From Squalus acanthias (lineage: Eukaryota): 64,000 bases of DNA. A model generated the notes under the pieces. It did not search any database and was not told where the DNA came from. It saw nothing but the letters and a program-made list of their open reading frames with translations. The position numbers were made by a program, and so were the translations under genes. Within the stretch, counting starts at the first letter, position 1; every line of letters starts with the position of its first letter. Shown here piece after piece: positions 36,389 through 48,204 of the stretch. The stretch lies in the NCBI GenBank assembly GCA_030390025.1, contig CM059438.1, positions 69,194,001-69,258,000 of the forward strand, read 5' to 3'.

Positions 36389-37339
36389 ATGGCAGGGCAG
36401 CTCGGCAGTGTGGAGTGCTCCTCGTGTGCTATGTGGGAAGTCAGGGACACTTTTGGTGTCCAGGGCAAACACATGTGCAGGAAGTATCTCCAGCTGCAGC
36501 TACGCGAAATCCGCGTTTCGGAGCTGGAGCTGCGGCTGGAGTCACTGTGGAGCATCCGCAAGGCTGAGATCTTCGTGGATAGCACGTTTAACGATGTGGT
36601 CACACCACCAGTAAAGAGTGCACAGGCAGACAGGGAATGGGTGACTGCCAGACAGAGTAAAAGAACTAGGAAGGTAGTGCAGGAGTCCCCTGGGTCCATC
36701 TCCCTCTCCAACAGATTTTCCGTTTTGGATTCTGCTGGGGGAGATGGTTTCTCAGGGGAATGCAGCAAGAGCCAAGTCCATGGCACTATGAGTGGCTCAG
36801 CTCCACAGGAGGGGAGGAAAAAGAGTGGGAGAGCAATAGTGTTAGGGGATTCTATCGTAAGGGGAACAAATAGACGTTTCTGATGCCGCAGACGTGACTC
36901 CAGGATGGTATGTTGCCTCCCTGGTGCCAGGGTCAAGGATGTCACTGAGCGGCTACAGGACATTCTGAAGGGGGAGGGTGAACAGCCAGAGGTCATGGTC
37001 CATATCGGTACCAACGGCGTAGGTAGGAAGAGGTACGAGGTCCTGCAAGCAGAATATAGGGAGCTAGGAAATAAATTAAAAAGCAGGACCTCAAAGGTAG
37101 TAATCTTAGGATTACTCCCAGTGCCACATGCTTGCGAGAGCAGAAGTAGGAGAATAGACCAGATGAAAGCGTGGCTGGAGAGATGGTGTAGGAGGGAGGG
37201 ATTTAAATTCCTGAGGCATTGGGACCAATTCTGGGGAAGGTGGGACCTGTACAAGCTGGACGGGTTACACCTCAGCAGAACTGGGACCAACATCCTCGCA
37301 GGGGGGTTTGCTAGTGCCGTTGGGAAGGATTTAAATTAG
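36389..37339 (+). pseudogene. CR1 ORF1: Zn-finger/leucine zipper plus SGNH esterase domain, one in-frame stop
   Basis: CSSC...CRKY, zipper LQLREIRVSELELRLESLW, GDS, PGAR, HIGTN and DGLH blocks. ORFs 36389-36883 and 36905-37339 share a frame, with TGA at 36881-36883. Confidence 0.9.
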
Positions 37340-37604
37340 TTTGTCAGGGGGCTGGGAACCTAAGTGCGGGCCCAGAATGGAGAGAAACAAAGCTGGAAGT
37401 GTAAGTTAGAAAAGTAGTCAGCAAAACTAGTAGGGAGCAGAAACAAAGGCCAACAGTAAAGAAGGTCAAATTGCAGAAAAATATTAAACAGGCAAAGTTG
37501 AAGGCACTTTATCTAAATGCACGTAGCATTCGCAACAAGGTGGATGAATTAATGGCACTAATAGAAGTAAATGGGTATGATATAATTGCCATTACAGAGA
37601 CATG

Positions 37605-38054
37605 GGGCTGGATTTTGAATGACCCGTGGAGTCGGGTTTGGAGGCGTGTGGGGGTTTAAATTTGCGGGGTCGGGGGTCCCGACCCCATCCCGACTCCATT
37701 CCGCCTCCACGCAATTTTGACAAAATCTGTCGCGGGGTTCCCGACTCCGTCCCGCCTCCAAGAGGCGGGAGAGGTCATTAAAGCCCTTAACAAGCCCTAA
37801 ATTGGCTCGGTAATGCCACTTTGAAACGTTTTAGCTAGTTTAACCCTTTTCCGACGTGAAGTACGCCTGGTGTGAAACACTCCAGTGAAACCTGGCGGGA
37901 GCACAAGTGGATAGCTGACTATCGGCTGCAGGTCCACTATTACAACAGAGATGTGATGAAGGTAGTATTCGGTCTGAAAGTCGCCTCTGATGCTGCTGCA
38001 TTTAATGTGTTCAGAGACTGTATGGCCTTTGGTGTGAGACTTGGATGCAAAAAA

Positions 38055-38090
<36 letters not shown>

Positions 38091-38363
38091 TGCATCCAGG
38101 TCCACTCACAGCAAAGGCCAGGCAGGTCCTCTCTCACCAACTGCCAGGCAGTCTCTAAGACCAGACAGTCAGCAATGATGACATCATCAGAGGCGACTTT
38201 CAGACTGAAACCACTAATTAGTTCATGGGTTCCCACATGCTGGAACTCAATTGCCCAATTAAGTGAAAATTGCATCATTCATCCACATTAATCTGGAGTC
38301 GGGGGGGGAACACGAAATGCGGATGACACAACCCCAACCCGACCCCAAGACAAAATCCAGCCC
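37605..38363. mobile_element. Harbinger MITE, second copy of the 27563 family, inside CR1 ORF2
   Basis: TIR gggctggattttg / caaaatccagccc; TSD atg/acg; removal restores ITETWLQGNQ. Confidence 0.92.
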
Positions 38364-39949
38364 ACGGTTGCAGGGTAACCAAAGCTGGGAACTGAATGTT
38401 CCAGGGTACTCAACATTTAAGAAGGACAGACAAAAAGGAAAAGGAGGTGGCATAGCACTGTTAATAAGGGATGAGATCGGTACGGTAGAGATAAAAGATC
38501 TTGGCTTGGCAGATCGTGATGTAGAACTGGAATCAGTTTGGGTGGAGCTAAGATACAGCAAAGGGCGGAAAACATTGGTGGGAGTTGTATATAGGCCACC
38601 AAACAGTAATAGTAATGTAGGGCACAGTATCAATCAAGAGATTAGAAGTGCATGTAACAAGGGCAATACGGTAATCATGGGGGACTTTAATCTACATTTT
38701 GACTGGGCAAATCAAATTACCACTAATGGTTGTGGAGGACGAATTCTTGGAATGCATGCAAGATGGTTTCCTGAATCAGTATGTGGAGGAACCAACTAGG
38801 GAACAAGCTATTCTGGATCTGGTACTGTGTAATGAGAAAGGGCTAATCAATAATCTTGTGGTAAAGGGGCCTTTAGGGACAAGAGACCATAATATGATTG
38901 AATTTTACATTAAGTTTGAGAGTAATGTAGTCCAACCTGAAACTAAGGTCTTCAATCTAAACAGAGGAAACTACAAGGGTATGAGGGACAAGTTGGCCAT
39001 GGTAGATTGGGAGACTACACTAAAAGGTATGAAGGTGGACATACAATGGCTAACATTCAAGGAAATAATGTATAATTTGCAACAAACATATATTCCTCTA
39101 GGGCATAAAAACCCAAAAGGAAAAGTGATCCAACCATGGCTAACAAAAGAAATTAAAGCTAGTATTAAGTCAAAGGAGGAAGCTTATAAAGTTGCCAGAA
39201 AAAGCAGTCAGCCTGAGGATTGGGATCCTTTTAGAAATCAGCAAAGGGGGACAAAGAAAGATAAAGAAAGGGAAAATGGAATATGAGCACAAACTAGCGA
39301 TTAATATAAAAACGGATTGTAAAAGCTTCTATAGGTATGTGAAAAGGAAAAGACTGGCAAAGGTAAATGTAGGTCCTTTACAGTCAGAGATGGGAGAATT
39401 TATAATGGGGAATGAGGAAATGGCAGAGAACTTAAATAAATACTTTGTTTCTGTCTTCACGGAGGAAGACACAAAAAACCTCCCAGAAATACGAGACTGT
39501 CGTATGAGAAGAGATTGAGTAAACTAGGCCTGTATTCTCTTGAATTCAGAAGAATGAGAGGGGATCTCATTGAAGCATACAAAATTATTACAGGGCTTGA
39601 TAGGATGGATGCTGGGAGAATGTTTCCCTTAGCTGGGGAGTCTAGAACCAGGGGCCACAGCTTCAAGATAAAAGGTAGGCCTTTCAGGACTGAGATGAGT
39701 AGAAATTTCTTCACACAGAGGGTGGTGAATCTTTGGAATTCTCTACCCCAGAGGGCTGTGGAGGCTCAGTCATTGGGTATATTCAAAACAGAAGTCGATA
39801 AATTTCTGACTAGTAAGGGCATCAAGGGATATGGCGATAGGGCCGGTGAATGGAGTTGAGGCAGAAGATCAGCCATGATCTCATTGAATGGCAGAGCAAG
39901 CTCGAAGGGCCGAATGGCCTACTCCTGCTCCTATTTCTTATGTTTTTAT

Positions 39950-40714
39950 GGCCCAAAAATTCGGCCCTTCCCTGGTGAGTACTCAATGCGTACTCACCCG
40001 TATTGCTTCCCGAAGTGCCGGTTTCCTGCATGCACTGCGCATGCGCGGGAAACCGGAACTTCCGGTATGGTGAAGGGGGCGGTTCCTAGGTGAACTGCGG
40101 GCGCGCTAGAGGTTGCGCACACGCAGCACACTTAGATTTTTTTTCAGGTTTCTACGCGAGGGTAAGTATTGAAGATACTACGCTAATAAAAAGGAGGCGT
40201 AAGACCCCTTTTGAACAAGGTAAGTGGTTAATTAAGTATAATTTAAAAAAAATTTCAACAGGTTCATCTTTTTTAGAGACTTTAAAGAAAGGTAAGTTTA
40301 TTTTTATCACTTTTAAAAAGTATTTAAATTTTTTAAAAATTTAAATTTTTGTTTAAAGTGGTTAATTTATTTAACAATAGTTATTTTATAAATGTGATGG
40401 TTTTTTAAAAAAAAATTATTTTAAGTTTAGCTGCTCTTTTGGGGCCGATTTCAATTCACAGATTTGACAGGTCTCCTGTCAAATCTATGAATGAAAGATG
40501 GTCTGCTGCCATTGGCTCTCCATGGCCCAGATGATCCCAGGGGTCGCATCGCACTAACTGCGCCCCTGGAACACGCAAGCACTGCGCGCCAGCAGTTGGA
40601 GCAGGCCCAGGACCCGAAGTTCCCGTGGGCCCAAAACACAACGGCAGGCGCGGTGGGTAAGAGTGCGCGCGATCCTTACCCCTGCGGCAAGCCGGCCACG
40701 CAAATTTCAGGGCC
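39950..40714. mobile_element. Harbinger-type MITE inserted in the CR1 3' tail
   Basis: Termini ggcccaaaaatt / aatttcagggcc; the CR1 tail resumes (gttctta) after it; internal similarity to 34182-34903. Confidence 0.75.
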
Positions 40715-41159
40715 ATTGTTCTTAGCAGGAACCTCCCCAGGATGAAGCATCGTTGGTAGTCCTTGTCAGAATAACATAAGGGTGTCTGGTACAATGAATA
40801 GAAAAACCTCACTGACACCATAAAAGATGCTTCTTTGAGGTTGGAATTAAGGTGCATTGTGCTGGAGCAGTATGGAGAAAAATTCACTCGACTACTCAGC
40901 TATCAACCATATGACGTGGGAATGCTTGATGCTGAATTCCAAAAAGGAGCAATGTCCCAACACAAACAAGAGCAAAAATACACACACAAGTTATTTTCAC
41001 GAGAATGAATGATAATAAGGATATTACAAGTATGTTATTGAACTTTCCTTGGCCTGCCCACATCTATCACTTGACCTAGCTGTATTCCACCAGGCAATTT
41101 TTACATTCTGGGTGGGTTTATACTTACACATCCTGTTTTATAAGACGAAGCTTCAGATA

Positions 41160-41257
41160 GAGGATCAGCCATGATCATATTGAATGGAGGAGCAGGCTCG
41201 AAGGGCCGAATAACCTACTCCTGCTCCTATTTTTCTATGTTTTCTATATTTCTATTC
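41160..41257 (+). mobile_element. CR1 extreme 3' fragment
   Basis: gatcagccatgatcatattgaatggaggagcaggctcgaagggccg plus a (tttctat)-like tail. Confidence 0.8.
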
Positions 41258-42213
41258 TAATCTACCACTTTTACACTCAGAATGGGAAACAGTCTCTGTA
41301 GAAACACTAGACTCAGCTTTTATATGGATCCCCACAGAGAGCTTACGCATGAGCCATTTGCATTACTGAAGCCAGTTCCCTTATCCTGACAGCAGAATCC
41401 TACTCCTGGAACCTGGGGCTTGTAAGGAACTACAAACTTGTATGGAATGCAGCCAACGGAGAGAGACTAGTCCACTGTACTCCTGTGGTGTAAGCGTCCC
41501 TATTCATTCACTTCCCACAGCTCACCACTTACTCTTAACTTCTTTTGGTCATTCCCAGGCGTTCATTTGTTGCCGAATGTTCTCCATTGTTTAACATCAA
41601 CCTGCCATTCACGTATCCACCTCATCATTAAGGTGTCACGTCAGTGAGACTCAAGTCTTTACATAACCCATTTAAAAGGAACTGTAATCAAAGCTTAAAC
41701 AGAATTACTGTGAGAAACTGATACCTTGTATAGCTCCACTTTATTTTTGAAGATAGCTGTTGCCTTTTTTTCTAGCTGATGCTGAAAGTGATGTCAATAG
41801 AAATTCATACTGAATTTATTTAGGCCATACAATCTTGTTTTATCGAGATGGAGAAAAATGAATAAGATCAGCTGAACATAGTTCAGACAGACTGCCTCTT
41901 CCTTCGTAACCTGTCATCCCCTTCCCCTGTAGCGTTTGAGATTATATTATGCACCTGCTTACCAGCCCATTAGGGGGAGCTAGTCTTAAATGTAATGCAG
42001 TCATTCCTTTTGGACAACTCTTGGCTGATGTATATAAGTTAGAGAATATGATGCTGCGACAATAACAGAGGAACTTTCTAAAGGTGATTGCCTTGATAGT
42101 TTTCTTCAGAACTCAGTTCCTCAAACACACACAAACGTCCACTGATTGTTGGGCAATGCCTGTGTCGAAGTTGTATCTTCCTTTCATCTGCTCCCCAAAT
42201 TTCTCAGCACATT

Positions 42214-42959
42214 GGCCCTAAAATTGCAGTCGGCGGCGTAGCTAAGGAGTACGCCGCCGACCTCCGAGTGAAATCCGCACTTACCTCGTGCGACGGCCCA
42301 AACGAAAACTTGTTTTGAAATGCTGCGGAGTGGCCCACGGATCCTGGGGCACACCGTTGTGCTGGGATCATGTGAGGTGGTGCTCCTTTCACTAGCCAAT
42401 CAGGAAACATTTCAACTCGACAGCAAAGAACTTGTAAATTAAACGGGTGGGATACTGATTATGTTTATTTGACAAGTACAGTACTTGGCTTTAAAAAGCG
42501 CAGGGAATACTTTGGAGTATGTACAGTTATTTACTGGAAGACTCTGCAAGATTAAGAAAGATTAAAATGATCTCATCCCTCACACCGAGCCTTTACAGCT
42601 GGCTGGCAGGTTCTTTTATGTGTTCCTTTATAATTATTATAAAATTATCTCAGCAACCCCCCCCCCCCCCTCCCCACCCACACTTACGCTGTGCAAACAG
42701 GCTCCTGCACCTGTTTGCACCAGGTATAAAATTTTCCAGCATAATTAGTGCGCAGTAGGTGGGCAATTAGCCCAACTTTTCAATTTCAATGAGGATTAGA
42801 AAGTCGCAGCGGATCATCTGTATATTCGGAACTGGACTGATCGCAAGTTCGGGATTTAGCGCATATGGAAATCCTGAACTTGCGGTCAATTTCAAAGGCG
42901 GTATGATGGCGTACTCTGAGAGTACAGTACGTCATCATACCGACCACAAATTCAGGGCC
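42214..42959. mobile_element. Harbinger-type MITE
   Basis: TIR ggccctaaaattgcagtcgg / ccgaccacaaattcagggcc (16/20); perfect TSD ATT. Confidence 0.85.
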
Positions 42960-43031
42960 ATTATGTCTTATTTGTCATTGACCTGATGCTCCCTTTCCCC
43001 CTCCTCCCAATACCTGATGCTGCCATTTGCC

Positions 43032-43461
43032 TTCTTCTTCTTTTCTTAGGCAGTCCCTCGGAACCGAGGATGACTTGCTTCCACACTAAAAATGAGTTTG
43101 CAGGTGACTGATGAGTCCAATGCGGGACCTACAGTCTCTGTCACAGGTGGGGCAGACGGTGGTTGAAGGAGCAGGTGGGTGGGGTGCTTGGGTTGACGTG
43201 CGCTCCTTGCGCTGCCTGCGCTTGGCTTCCGTTTGCTCCCGGCGAAGAGACTCGAGGTGTTCGGCGTCGTCCCGGATTCTTCTCCTCCACTTTGTGCAGT
43301 CTTGGGCCAGGGATTCCCAGGTGTCAGTGGGGATGTTACACTTTTTCAAGGAGGCTTTGAGGGTGTCCTTGAAGCGTTTCCTCTGCCCACCTGGGGCTCT
43401 CTTGCCGTGCTGGAGCTCCGAGTAGAGCGTTTGTTTTGGGAGTCTCGCATTGTCCGCATGC
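43032..43461 (-). mobile_element. RTE-clade (BovB-like) LINE 3' end
   Basis: RLPKQTLYSELQHGKRAPGGQRKRFKDTLKASLK...CPTCDRDCRSRIGLISHLQTH (C-terminal CCHH finger); (aag)n tail. Confidence 0.88.
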
Positions 43462-46400
43462 CATTTGTGCCTGAAATTAGTTGGTGGTTTTCCAAAGTTA
43501 CCAAATTCATCTGCTGTTCCTGTGGAGCAGATAATGGTTTTGATGCACAAACATAACAATGATGAATGTACATATGTTGTATATTCTCATCAGTATTCAA
43601 GTACATTTTGACACAGATATTTCTGTTCTTCTGAACTCAAGGGAAGTGGGGTGTTCTTGGAAACCACCCTTGTTGAAAACATCTGAAATTGAAGAAACCT
43701 TGTTGCAACACTGCAGAAGATCGAACGCAAGAACATTGAATTTCTGAACACAGGAAAATAGATCACTGTGAGTCTAAGTCCCTGCTTGACCTGAAATTGA
43801 AACTCATTAGTGAGAAAGCACTTCAAAGCAGATACAAATCCCAACCTGTCCACTTTAAAATTAGTCAGGCGCCATCGTCCGTTAAGTGCAGCTTCATGAT
43901 TTTGCGCCGTTAGACTGAAATCTTGCCGAGGCTTCCATCGGTCTTCCATCGTGACTCTGTAAGGAGACCGATGGAGCCGCTGTGGAATTTCAGCCTTTAA
44001 CTGGGCGCTCAAGCCTAAAAAGGGAGCTCTTCCACAGCTTAATGGGCAAACACACCAACAGTTCCAGTACTAAATCATGCATCCCAAAAGGCCCCAGTTA
44101 TGATTTCCGATCTGTGCTGAGTTAGTCGATCTCAGCTGGAGCAAGAGTTGGGCTGCTACAATTGATGGGCTACAATTGGCTTTAGTTCCCAAGGGCTAAG
44201 GAGGGGAAAATGGGTCTGAAAAGTGTAATCCGGTTTGGCTAGGTTTCCTTCACAGGTTGAACAGCTTACTGACGCTCAGCATACAAGAATGGCCGCTTGG
44301 GTCCAATGGGATTGTCTTCCTTTCAATCCTCCCCGCTCCCTCAGCCACTTGTCTCCAGTTTGACACTGCATGCCCTGACATGGGTGACCAGCTCTTGTGG
44401 AAGTTCTGGCAAGAGTCAATGCCGTCAGGGTAAATGAGGAGAAAATTGGGAAAAATTACAAACAGATGCTATGGTATCATAGGACACACATTCATACTCA
44501 TTACTTTCATCCGTAGGAAGGCCACAACCTCAGCAGAGCACTGGGAGCAGCCAGGAGTGGTGCTTTGGGGTGCTACATAAATGCAGGCTGTTTTGTTGTT
44601 CCCTTAGTCAGTGGGGATCAGAGAGTGAGTTATTCTGAGTGTCTCTCAGCGACTGTAATATAGAGTGACTTCGGCAGAGACCTAACTTTCCCCCCGTCAG
44701 GCAATGTTTGCTGTGGCGTTTTCTAGCTATGGTAGAAGGTTGTAAGTCAGTTTTGAGCAATGTCTGAAAAGGCCAGGAGGGGGAGTGCTGGGGGAGTGCA
44801 AGTCAGGTGAATCCCATTTATGAGGAAAACACCAGGCTGGAGAGAAATGTGGCAACTGTAAGAGAAGCAACTCAGGATAAAGAACTGTTGTTGTTCTGTA
44901 TCTGTATCTATTCCAAAGGAACCTTAATATATCACTTTCTGATGGGAAACTGAAAAGCAGAAAGAAAATAACTAATCGGCACTACTTGGAAAGTGGCATA
45001 TTACATTATTTAAAGAGACGGATCTGAATTTATATCCTCTCCCCCTCGCCTGGCCATATTTACCTCTAGGCCAGTGTTGTGTATCCTTTGGCTGAACTGC
45101 TGGTTATATGAATGTTCAGTTATGAATTATTACTGCTCAGGGGAGGTGAGAGAACTTGCAGGACAAGTTCCTCTCTGCAGAATGCATTCCATCAGCCAGC
45201 ACAAGACAGCATTCTGAGATCATTATGGAATAATACCTTGACCTGGACCCTTCTGTTCTGCCCATGCTGAACAACCAGGGAGCTGCTGGGGGGGGTGGAG
45301 TTGAGGGAGTGGGAAATGAACAATCTAACTTTCAGGCATCTTGCCCGCACACTCTGGAACTCTCTCCCTGGACGTCTTTGTCTTGTTTCGTTTCTCCGTA
45401 TCTTCAAAAGCCTCCTTGATACCTCCTTGGGCTTTTGGTCATCTTTTCCCTCACTCCCCTGAAACCCTCTTGTCCCTCCTCGCATTCCTGCTTGTATCTG
45501 ATGCTTAACTGTGAGGTGCCTTGGTATATTTTCCTTTGGTCAAGTCGGCTATACGAGTTCAAATTGCTGCAGTGCACAACCGTCAGAAAAAAAATACAGT
45601 GTGAAATTTACAACCGCAAATGAAAACATCTCAAACACACAACGCTTCCTGTACAAGAGATGAAACAGGGATAAAAATCAGACGGAGCACAAACCTTTTA
45701 ATTTTGGGGGCCACCTCAGTGCAAGAAATACATTCAAGTGCTGAAAATATACATTTTGTCTTCACGTGAAAGTGATAGATAAACAAATATAATTATCCAT
45801 GCTGTTTAGTAACAAGATAACAAGATGCCTGCTGTGCTTAGTTATGTTGTTAGTCTCGTGCTGTTTTATGATGTACAGTTTAAGAAGGAAGTGAACCACA
45901 ACATTCTTAATTTGCTATGTGAACAATTTACTGATGTTCTCTGCGTGATCCAACTGTGACCCCTACAGGTCTTTGACAGCAACGTGTTAACTGGAACTGG
46001 AGATGCACTGGCCTTTTTATTGAGTTTCCGTTGCAGTTAGTATACAATATATCTGTGTTTGCTGAGTGCAATGAGATTCAATCGATGCAGTTTGTGGTTC
46101 ATTATTTGACTGTCGAGTACACAATGGTGGACTGCCTCCCTTGTTTGTGTTACCCTGCCCCAAAATAAATAATTAGACTCTTTCAACATGGGCCGTTAAA
46201 TTGTTTTTTTTAAAACTTGAAATGAATGGCATCAGCAACGAACGTACGGCGGGAGTATAATAGTGATGTATACTGGCAGAAACAGACTATTAGTCACTGT
46301 CATTACTGTCGCACTGAACTCCTTATTAATATTCCCTTCACAGTTTGGAAAGGATGCAAGAAATCACTCAAAAAATTGTCTTAAATCGTCAGTCAAGATG

Positions 46401-47017
46401 CTTATTAGGTTCATTTTATTTTGTTAAGGGGGAGCCTAATGATGATGCTGGCACCCGCGCCAGAAAAATGTGGAGCCGTTGCCTTTTGAAGACAGCGAAT
46501 TCACTGTCTGTGCAAGGACGACGATCTCAGGCATCCTGCTGCCAGTAAAGTTGTATAACTGACCTTGTCAGGTTGTGGTTGGCACTGGAGGCGGAGTGTT
46601 GGCACATAGTCTGCATTTTGTTGGGGAATTGTTACAGAAATTGGCTGTGTATACTCCCACTTACCCCTCGCTTCTCCTCTCCTTGAAACATAAGCAGCAT
46701 ACAAATATAATGGCCTAGTGAAACCTGTCTTTAAATTTCTCTCCACGAGCAAATTTATTTGTCGTTGTCCTTGGCTTCCTGCTGGCTGCCATTTTTCCTC
46801 CTATACAACCAATTCTCACAATGCTACTTTAAAATCATTCACAACACATGCTACCAGAGAGCGCACATCCCTCTACATTCTACCGACTGCCACTCCGAAC
46901 TCTATAGCATCTGCTACACTTGAATCCAGAGACCTATTTATAATTCTTGTAATGAAGCTCATTAGACAGGCCAACATGTATCAAATGTTGCCCTGTTCTG
47001 GAAAAAAAGAACTCAAT

Positions 47018-47861
47018 GGGCTGGAGTTTCTCAGCCCCGAGGAGGCGGGTATGGAGGCGGGACTGCCGGTAAGGTAGCAGAAAGTGGGGGAGGATGGCAA
47101 ACCCGCCCCCATCCATGCCTCCGTGCCCTTTTGCCAGGAGGCGGAAAGCCGTCCTGCCCCGGATCCCGTCTCCTCAAGGCGGGAAAGGGATTAAATCACT
47201 TTAACTGCCTGTTAACAGGTAGTTAACAGGCAGAAAAAAGGATTAGTCCCATTTTACCTTTTCAAGTGCAGGCTTCCCGACCTCGGAGAACCCCGTCGGG
47301 TTGGAGGGGACGTGAAGGAGGTCTGCGGGGGTCGGAGGGGTCTGAATGTGCGATGTAGAGGTGAGTGATGGGTGCAAGTGTGGAGTGGTAAGTATGTGAG
47401 GTGAGTGTAAAGTGTTAAAAAATATTCACTTACCTTTGTTTCTGCCTACAGCCTTCAGCTGCGTTGGTTCCGGAGTCCTGACATCTTCGTTGTAGATTTC
47501 ACAGACTGGCTGTTGGATCCTCCGAACCAACAGTCATCTGATTTCTACAAACTAGAAAGGTTTGATGAGTCCTGAACACAAGGCCTCATCAAGCTACACA
47601 AAGTCCGTGTTTGACAACTTCACAGAGCTGTCAAACGCTGACATTTCCTCTTTCAAGAAGTCTTGAAAGATGGAACGTCAGACATTGACGTGCTCTGTCA
47701 GTGACTTCCCCTTAATTGGCCTGCTGAGCCCGCAGGGCGGGCTTAACAAGGTCAATCAGGGGAAAATCCCGCTGGTTAGCCAGAGGCTGATGGAGGTGGG
47801 ACTGAGACCTGACAAGCAGCAGTTCCGCCTCCAGCACGTCTCCATTCACAAAATCCAGCCC
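47018..47861. mobile_element. Harbinger non-autonomous element
   Basis: TIR gggctggagttt / aaaatccagccc; perfect TSD AAT; subterminal similarity to the 13718 element. Confidence 0.88.
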
Positions 47862-47904
47862 AATGTCTTTTTTCAGTGGAGGAGTGTCCCAAACTTTTTG
47901 ACTT

Positions 47905-48200
47905 TATGAACTAGCAAAGCTACAGGCCATCAATATAAGATAGTCACCAAGAACTCCAATAGGGAATTCAGAAGAAACGTCTTTACCCAGAGAGTGGTGA
48001 GAATGTGGAAGATGCTACCACAGGGAGTAGTTGAGGCGAATAGTATAGATGCATTTAAGGGGAAGGTAGGTAAGCATATGAGGGAGAAGGGAATAGAGGG
48101 TTATACTGAGTTAGATGAGGAAGGATGGAAGGAGGCTCAAGTGGAGCATAAACGCCGGCATGGACTGGTTGGGCCGAATGACCTGTTTCTGTGCTGTATT
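47905..48200 (+). mobile_element. CR1 3' fragment
   Basis: tttacccagagagtggtgagaatgtggaa...gggccgaatgacctgtttctgtgctgta. Confidence 0.75.
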
Positions 48201-48204
48201 CCTC

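Larger units (their letters stand above)
35945..39949 (+). mobile_element. near full-length CR1 LINE with 5' UTR, ORF1 and an RT-deleted ORF2
   Basis: 5' tandem repeats; ORF1; APE endonuclease (YLNARSIRNK, ITETW, VYRPPN, MGDFN, RDHN); junction near 39491 jumps to the C-terminus (LGLYSLEFRRMRGDLIE); (ttcttatg) tail. Confidence 0.92.

Noticed and set aside
36376..37293. 305-aa minus-strand ORF
   Set aside because: Antisense shadow of CR1 ORF1 with no recognisable motifs.
43108..43135. Hammerhead-like CTGATGA-GTCC-aatgc-GGGAC
   Set aside because: It is followed by CTAC rather than GAAA and is simply the antisense of the RTE coding sequence (RSRIGLISH).
44080..44300. Fragments of another old SINE-like repeat (also about 56640-56820)
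   Set aside because: Looks repetitive but is too diverged to assign a family or ends without a database search.
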